Positions 55,985 through 64,000 of a stretch of DNA of 64,000 nt are shown piece by piece. The position numbers and the translations under genes are program-made. The DNA is from Octopus sinensis (taxonomy: Eukaryota), in NCBI RefSeq assembly GCF_006345805.1, contig NC_043002.1, positions 22,320,001 to 22,384,000 of the forward strand, read 5' to 3'. Numbering within the stretch: position 1 is the first letter of the stretch; every line of letters starts with the position of its first letter. The notes beneath the pieces were generated by a model. The model did not search any database, was not told the DNA's origin, and worked only from the letters and a program-made list of their open reading frames with translations.

Positions 55985-56742
55985 TAAATTTATTCAATAA
56001 AACCGCGATTGGCTTCAACCACGGCCTCCAGATAACTTCGGAGTCTTCTGCAACTTTTCTGGACGGTCGTTTAAGTTGGTGAAGGCTTCTATAATGCTTG
56101 CCTTCAGTTCATCTTTGGTGTTACAAGGAGTTTTGTTGGTCTCTCACTCTACTGAACCCTACACACAATAATCAAGGGGTTTGCAGCTTGAGGAGTTAGG
56201 TGGCCGGATATTAGGGGTAATGTGGTCGCAGAAATTGTCTGACAGTCATGACTGGGTTCTCCTGCTTGCGTGGCATGAGCAGAGTCTTGTTGCCAGACAT
56301 AGGCTCTTCCAGCAGCCAACCTCTTGACCCAGGGCAGCACTATATCCTCCAGGCACTTGATGTAGGCCTCCATGTTTAGTGTGAGACCGTGTGTGAAGAT
56401 GAATGGAGGCATAACATCGCCATCATTAGTAATCACTCCAAACACCATGATGTTGACTTGATGTTTGATTTTTATCACGCTCGGTACATGTCCTCAGATT
56501 GACACCTAAACACTCTGAAATGTTCGTATTGGAGCTTCCGGCACGAATGCCAAGCAGTGCAGCATGTCGTTTCTAAATTTTTGGCAGAGTGAATTGCGTT
56601 ATGTTGCTGTTTTACTCACAGCATAGTAGGGTCGTGCCAAACTGACCCTACTATGCTGTGTAGTTGACAAAATCAAAGCAATCAATGTGCAGGCACAAAA
56701 TTAAAATGTAAAATGGTGATAATTTACCGATAGCACCATGTA
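55985..56742 (-). mobile_element. Internally deleted Tc1/mariner (DD37D maT-like) transposon
   Basis: IMVFGVITNDGDVMPPFIF...YIKCLEDIVLPWV...YVWQQDSA.C followed by WPPNSSSCKPLDY in a shifted frame; N-terminal RHAALLGIRAGSSNTNISECLGVNLRT is joined directly to the catalytic region. Confidence 0.8.
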
Positions 56743-56754
56743 TATATATCTGAT

Positions 56755-56788
<34 letters not shown>

Positions 56789-57019
56789 GTATGTATGTAA
56801 ATATGTATCTAAAGCTGTCTATGTACGTGTGTGTGTTTGCGTGTGCGTGCGTGTGTATGTGTATATATATATAATATATATATATCATATTATATATATA
56901 TATATATATGCATATGTACATACACACACACACATATGTATATATATATACACATATATATATATATATACAAATATATATATGTATGTGTATATATATA
57001 TACATATATATATATATAA

Positions 57020-57062
<43 letters not shown>

Positions 57063-57783
57063 GTATGTATGTATGTATGTATGTATGTATGTATGTATGT
57101 ATGTATGTATATGTATTTATGTGTATATGTGCGTGCATGTGTATATCTAAGTATATAAGTGCTTCTATGAATGTATGCGAGTCTGTAACGAAACAGCGAG
57201 GGACCAAGTGCTGTCAAAATAACAGTGTGGTTAACATGTTTGTTTCTGCTATTTCTGCTAGACTTTCCTTTTAAACCTCTACCTTACAATTTACCGTTAG
57301 TTAATTGTACCTTTCTAGCTCTACCTCTATATATACTAACTTGCCCTATTCACCTTCACTGCTTTTCACACACATTACACACCGCTACACTCTCACACCT
57401 CTCTCTCTCTCTAACTCTCCCTCGCTCTTCCCTCTTTCTCTCTCACTTTCTACCTCCCTCCTTCACTCCGTCTCTATTTCTCTTTCTCTCGAATATTCTC
57501 TCTCTCTCTCTCCTCACATTGCGCTCTGTTTCTCTCTTTTTCTCTATTACTCGTTTTATCTAATTTTTTCTTTTATATTCTTTTATATTGCTTTTCCACT
57601 TTTCTTTCTTTTTCTTCATTTTGTTCCTTCTCTTTTTCTTAATTCCCCGTAACTTTTCTTCTTCTCCATTTTTCCTTTCTCCTCTTTTGTTTTTTCGATC
57701 TTCCTCTCTATTCTTTTTTCTTTCTTTTCTTAATTTTCTTCTCTCTTCAGTTTATTTGTTTATTTATCAATATCTCTGTTTCT

Positions 57784-57826
<43 letters not shown>

Positions 57827-58009
57827 CTCTTTCATTCTTTATTTCTTTCTTTCTCTCTTTCTTTCTTTTTTCTTCTTTCTTTCCTCCCCTATCTCTTTCT
57901 TTTTCTTCCTTGTTTCTCTCTCTTTTCTACCATCTTATAATCTTGAATTTTGTTATTATTAATATTATATCTATTCTTCAGAAGCCATTATAATCTTTTC
58001 TACTCTAGG

Positions 58010-58931
58010 CACAAGGCCCGAAATTTTGGTGGGAGGGGGTCAGTCGATTAGATCGAGTCCAGTACGCAACTGGTACTTAATTTATCGACCCCTAAAGGAT
58101 GAAAGGCAAAGACAACCTCGGCGGAATTTGAACTCAGAAGGTAAAGACAGACGAGATACCCATTTCTTTACTACCCACAAGGGGCTAAACACTGAGAGGA
58201 CAAACAAGGACAGACAAACGGATTAAGTCGATTACATCGACCCCAGTGCGTAATTGGTACTTATTTAATCGACCCTGAAAGGATGAAAGGCAAAGTTGAC
58301 CTCGGCGGAATTTGAACTCAGAACGTAAAGACAGACGAAATACCTATTTCTTTACTACCCACAAGGGGCTAAACATACAAGGCATAAACAAGGACAGACA
58401 AGCGGATTAAGTCGATTATATCGACTCCAGTGCGTAACTGTTACTTATTTAATCGACCCCGAAAGGATGAAAGGCAAAGTCGACCTCGGCGGAATTTGAA
58501 CTCAGAACGTATAGACAGAGGAAATACCTATTTCTTTACTACCCACAAGGGGCTAAACATAGAAGGCACAAAGAAGGACAGACAAACGGATTAAGTCGAT
58601 GATATCGACCCCAGTGCATAACTGGTACTTATTTAATCGACCCCGAAAGGATGAAAGGCAAAGTCGACCTCGGCGGAATTTGAACTCAGAACGTAAAGAC
58701 AGACGAAATACCTATTTCTTTACTACCCACAAGGGGCTAAACACAGGGGGGACAAACGGATTAAGTCGATTATATCGACTCCAGTGCGTAACTGGTACTT
58801 AATTTATCGACCCCGGAAGGATGAAAGGCAAAGTCGACCTCGGCGGAATTTGAACTCAGAACGTAACGCCAGACGAAATACGGCTACGCATTTCGCCCGG
58901 TGTGCTAACGTTTCTGCCAGCTCGCCGCCTT
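58010..58931 (-). mobile_element. tRNA-derived SINE with five B-box-containing modules (~180-bp internal tandem units)
   Basis: Head ggcggcgagctggcagaaacgttagcac at 58931, five gagttcaaattccgccgagg B-box modules (~58120, 58310, 58495, 58678, 58848) and a 3' tail at 58010-58045. Confidence 0.88.
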
Positions 58932-59229
58932 TCAAAAGCCTTTATGAGTATGAAAATTGAAATATAGGAATGAAGACAAAAGTAACGAAGACAAATTAAC
59001 TTTTTGCACCTTAAATTATATTTCTACCATTCGGATTAGTAGTAGCACTTCGTCGTGTTAAAACGGAGGAGAGTGCCAAGCTCTTATCATTGTTCATATA
59101 TAACAGAATAGTATTGTGACAATATTCATTGGACCTCGAACAAATCTCATATGTTTTTGACAGATAGCATCAGTTTACGAATGAGAATGGTTTCTTTGGT
59201 CCTCAAATCGAAGCTGTTACGTGACTGTG

Positions 59230-59520
59230 CATTGTTGGAAAGCAGTAAAGTCCTGCATGTTCGTAAATCTTCAAATGACTTTTGAATGGTGTGCTTGTTT
59301 GCATGTTTTCCTTGGTCCAGATACATAGCTTTCTGCTGGTATTTCCGATACAGAAACCATCTTATTTACCACAGATCAACTGATGAATAGCTTAGGCTCT
59401 CGATTACGTGTTCATATTGTAGATATGTCAGTTTGTCATGGTGCCCACCGCGTTGCTATCTACTGGCCAATTTCCGGGGAGGAATTTCAAGGAGGGACTG
59501 GAGTGTACCATATAAGTGTT
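59230..59520 (-). mobile_element. Highly decayed mariner transposase fragment
   Basis: EIGQ*IATRWAP*QT resembles the WVPHEL motif and RWFLYRKYQQK resembles the DEKW.LY motif; many stop codons. Confidence 0.4.
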
Positions 59521-60019
59521 CAGATCTCCACAAGTCTGTGCACGTAAACACATAAGCACACTTCCATTATAGCTTTGAAAAAGTAACTGTTAAAATCAAA
59601 CTGCGCACTTCAAACTTGCACTAAGAATAAGTACAAGGTAAAATTACCACCTACTTTTATAGCAAGTTGATGTAGACAGTTTATTCCGTCCCCCCTCCGA
59701 CTTTTAGTTCATGCGATGGAAAGAAATTTTATCAGCAATGAGCAGAGTAATAAGAATGAACGCCAGAGGAGTGTTGTGCTGTATGCAATGATAGACAATG
59801 CTTATATAGAATGAGAAAAAGCAGCATTTTGTCCGTGTTTATGTTCTGAGTTGAAATACCGCCGGGTCCAACTTGGCCTTTATTCCTTTCGGAGTCAATA
59901 AAATAAATGCCAGCAGAGTACTGGGGTCGATGTAATCGACTTGCCACCACCTCCGAAATTGTGGGTTTTGTACTAAAGATTTTAAAGCAATGTTATTATT
60001 ATTGTTGTTGTTAAGGCAA

Positions 60020-60420
60020 CTAGTTGGCAGAATCTTTAGCATGTCGGGTGAAATGCTTGGCGGTATTTCGTCTGCCGTTACGTTCTGAGTTCAAATTACG
60101 CCGAGGTCGACTTCGCCTTTCATCCTTTCGAGGTGGATTAAATAAGTAACAGTTACGCACTGGAGTCGACATAATCGACTTAATGCGTTTGTCTCTCCTT
60201 GTTTGTCCCCTCTGTGTTTTGCCCCTTGTGGGTAGTAAAGAAATAGAAATAGGTATTTCGTCTGTCTTTACCTTCTGAGTTCAAATTCCACCGGGATCGA
60301 CTTTGTCTTTCGTCTTTTCAAGGTCGATAAAATAAGTAACAACTGAACCCTGGAGTTGATGTAATCCACTTAACTCCACCCCTGTATTGCTGGCTTTGCG
60401 CCAAAATTGGAAACCAATAC
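60020..60420 (+). mobile_element. Dimeric copy of the same SINE family
   Basis: Head ggcaactagttggcagaatc, module, junction aaagaaatagaaataggtatttcgtctg, second module and tail. Confidence 0.8.
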
Positions 60421-60645
60421 AGAATGACAACGAAAAGACAAAGGAACTTAATAATTATTGGCCTAATTCATGCTTGCCATTACTTTGGAAATTATTAACT
60501 GGCCTCACAGCAGAAGTATAGATTTCTGGAGAAGGGAAACTCTGTAAGCAGAGGAACAAAAGATGCAAAGCGAAATCATGAAAACAGCTAATTTGTTCAT
60601 TATTTACATTTGACGGATATTTGCCCTTATCTTGTTTGTTGCTAG

Positions 60646-60687
60646 CACAACGTTCCGGCTGATATACACTCTAGCCTTCATCAGGTG
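60646..60687 (-). ncRNA. Minimal hammerhead motif with one core substitution
   Basis: Minus strand cac-CTGATGA-a-ggct-agagtgtatatc-agcc-GGAAC-GTT-gtg; stems I and II pair perfectly; GAAAC is changed to GGAAC. Confidence 0.65.
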
Positions 60688-61186
60688 TTTTGGGGACATT
60701 TCTAACCTGGGTTCTCATTCCTAAGGTATTTTTCGATACTATTATTATTATTATTATTCAGGTCACTACCTGGAATCGAACTCGGGATCTTGGGGTTAGT
60801 GGCCCGCGCTCTTAAGCACTTCTCCATATGAACGTGAGCAATTATGGAGTGAATATTTGGGCTTATAAATCTAATATTTTCCTATCCTTCCTTAATACCG
60901 GTACCCATATGCTATTCATGTCTGCACTCGGTCTGCTTAGGAGGTTGTTGTGTCCTAGTAAATGTGCTACTTCTTAAACATAGGACTGTATTGGCTAATT
61001 TGTTGCATATCAATCGACCGTTATTAAGTGAGGTACGATTAAGAAAAAAGCACTTAGCTGTTGATTGGACAAGCTATAAGAAAGTCAAATGTAAGGTACC
61101 ACAGTATGGACACTTGGATTGGCTGAAGACGCTCGGGTTCAGTGAGAAAAACTAACAGTTTTCATAGAAAAGCTATGAGACTATAG

Positions 61187-61505
61187 CAGAGGTTCTCAAA
61201 CTTTTTGGGTCATGGCCAAATAATACCTCCAGCGCCACCACCCCTAATTTTATGTTTAAATAAATATTTTATATTTTATTAATTTATATACACTATGAAT
61301 CATTTGATATTTAGTATAATATATAATTTGCATACAGTACTATAATAATATTATAATAAATTCATAGCGTCCCCCAATTCACTGCCTTCCTCCCAACGCC
61401 TCATTTTTTCTCTATCGCCCCACACCTTAGACACCAGCGCCCATCTGGACCGTCTCAACGCCCAGTGGGGGCGGGGAGCGGTAGCACCCACTTTGGGAGC
61501 CTATG
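61187..61505. mobile_element. hAT-like MITE
   Basis: Termini cagaggttctcaaact ... actttgggagcctatg resemble CAG(G/T)GGTTCTCAAAC-type hAT TIRs; GC-rich subterminal region. Confidence 0.5.
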
Positions 61506-61940
61506 TAGTATATGGACCAAAATGTAGAAATGATTCATTGAGAAATGTGAAAATTCGCAGAGGGATATTTCATGGAGATTTGTTCTCTCCATAATTTTTT
61601 GCGATTGAGTTAATCCTCTTATATGCATATTGAAATAAATTCATACCTGCTTATGAATCTACCAAAACAAGGGTAAAAATAAATCGCCTCCTATAAAAAT
61701 AATAAATAAAACAACATTGAGATAAGCATTACGTTGAAGAACTCTCTACCTGTTCCCTAAGCCTACATGAAATAGCAACAATATCTCTTATAAAGCAAGC
61801 CCTACTGGTTTTAAAATGGATCACTGCATTGGAATAATGTAGTCATAGCTACCACATTCTCTGTCTGTCTGTCTCTCTAGCTCACTATCTCCCCCCTCTC
61901 TCTCTCTCTCTCTCTCTCTCCTTCTTTCTCTCTCTCTCTC

Positions 61941-61970
61941 TTATGAAGAGTCCATCCCCGAAACGTTAAC
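61941..61970 (+). ncRNA. Hammerhead remnant (5' core truncated by a (CT)n tract)
   Basis: ttATGA-a-gagtccatccc-c-GAAAC-GTT-aac, followed by a pyrimidine-rich tail like those of the other hammerhead elements. Confidence 0.3.
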
Positions 61971-64000
61971 ATTCTTCTTCTCCCTCACGACCGTGGCCAT
62001 TTTATACTCCGTTAGAATTTGTCAGCAACTGACCCACAGCGATTTCTTGAGATTTCATTATTTCACTCTCATATACTGCCCGGAACAAAATGTCATGGTA
62101 GCCACGACTGGAACGCTTTTACTTGCAGATCTACTCAGCTAGATGTGCTAATCAATAACAATAGCTACACAGACAATAAGGTGACAAAATTAGTGACACA
62201 CACATCGAGCAGAATACAGTACAGTACAGACCAAAAATATCTTGCTTTAACTTTATTTTTTAATTAATTTATTCATTATACGTATTTTTTTATTTGCTTT
62301 TTTAGAGGGTGGGAGGGGAAGGTGGGTGTATAAGGATTGATGGCAGAGTTAGAAGACGGCCGCACTAGATTCATCGGTTCCACGACCTGACCTTAACAAG
62401 GTCACTAAACACAACCACTACCACACACTGACCACATACATCACACTGTTAACTATCCTACTTTCCCCCTCGTCACCATCACCCTATCTCAATCTCACTC
62501 TCTCTCTCTCTCTAGTTATCGCTCTATCTCACCCTCTGTCTTTTTCTTTTCTTTTCCTTCTTTCTTTCCTTCTTTCTTTTCTTTCTTTTTCTTTTCTCTC
62601 TCTCTCCCTCTCCCTCTCCCTCTTCCTCTCTCTTTCTTTCTCCCTCTCTTTCTCTGACTTTGATTAGTGCTGTGTCTCTGTTGATTCATTAACGAACTAT
62701 TTTCGATAAACACACAAAATACCAACTTTGGTATTTTCTGTTAAACACAAACACAACACACATACACACACACGCACACACACACAGGCACATGTACACA
62801 CGCACTCTCACACAAACGTACATACATATACATATATATACATATATATATATACATAATATATATATATATACATACACACAGATACATATATATATAC
62901 ATATAACAGAGGAATATATAATACATACCTATATACATATACACATATATAAATGTATATATATGTATATGCATGGATATATATATATGCTTCTGTGCAT
63001 CTGTGTATATACACACATATATGTATATGTATGTATATGAGTGTCAGTGTGTATATATACATACATACATACATATATACATACATGCATACACATATGC
63101 AATCACACACACGTACAAATACATACATAACTCTCTTATTTTTTCACACCTACTCACATACATATCGAGAGTTCTATGTCTACATATACATAGAGATATA
63201 CAAATCTAACCCACACTCATTCTATTGTCTTAAAACAAGACACGTGGGCCGAGTTTCACTTCCACATAGGAAAACAAATTTAAAAAAAAACGAGATGGTT
63301 ATGGCTGGAACGACTGTCATCATCACATATCGACTCAATCAGTGTTAACCTGGAGTTAAAGAATAACCAGATCAACATATTTACGACGGGCTATTTCAGT
63401 TTCCGTCTACCAAATCCACTTACAAGGCTTTAATCGGCCAGAGGCTATAGAAGAAGACACTTGTCCGAGGTGCCACGCAGTGGGACTGAACCCGGAACCA
63501 TGTGGTTGGAAGCAAGCTACTTACCACACAGCTACTCCTATGAAATGGCCACGGATGTATTATATAAAAACGGGTGAACGAAAGACATACACGATAGTGG
63601 CTAAAAATTTTGTCCACAGGACCAGGAGTTTTTTTTTTCCCCTTCTTTTTTAGGTTGATGTAGTTAACTCCAATATTTGACTGGTACTTATTTCATCGGC
63701 CCCGATTAGATGAAAAGCAAAGTGGCCCTCAGTTAAGTATGAAGTCAAAACTTAAAGATGGACGAAAATATCGCTAAGCATTTGTCCGGCGTGCTTACGA
63801 TTCTGTCAGCTCACACCTTAAAATGATGTTAACCCTTTCTAATTTAGGCCCAATGCCTGAGGTATTGGACAAGAAGGCTAGGCGATAACATCAATCCCAA
63901 CAATCAAGTCCAACTGGTGCATATTTAATCGCCGCCTTGACATACAAAATAATGACGACTTAGGAACAGTTATTACAAGGGAGATAATAACTTCTTTTCT

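Noticed and set aside
58040-58870. Regular repeat array as a CRISPR or satellite
   Set aside because: The units are ~180-bp SINE modules with no unique spacers, in a eukaryotic context with no cas genes.

Overview
AT-rich, microsatellite-saturated animal genomic DNA, most consistent with an octopus/cephalopod intergenic or intronic region (inferred from the SINE and LINE repertoire). I found no host protein-coding exon I can support; nearly all listed ORFs are translated microsatellites. The window is a transposon graveyard: a 5'-truncated, frameshifted Penelope-like retroelement (RT + GIY-YIG, ~41.9-44.8 kb, minus strand) bracketed by inverted copies of its own 3' region; fragments of RTE, RTE-X and R4/Dong-type LINEs; decayed Tc1/mariner transposases; MITEs; and many tRNA-derived SINEs. 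The main signal is a dispersed set of about a dozen minimal type I hammerhead ribozyme motifs (several with intact CUGANGA/GAAA/GUH cores) in short elements from at least three multi-copy families, mostly docked at (TA)n microsatellites, some with fold-back ends. Also notable are R4/Dong-like LINE ends that all sit in (TACA)n tracts, a SINE with a variable number of ~180-bp internal units, a 320-bp near-perfect palindrome and two local tandem duplications. All structures were read by eye, not computed.
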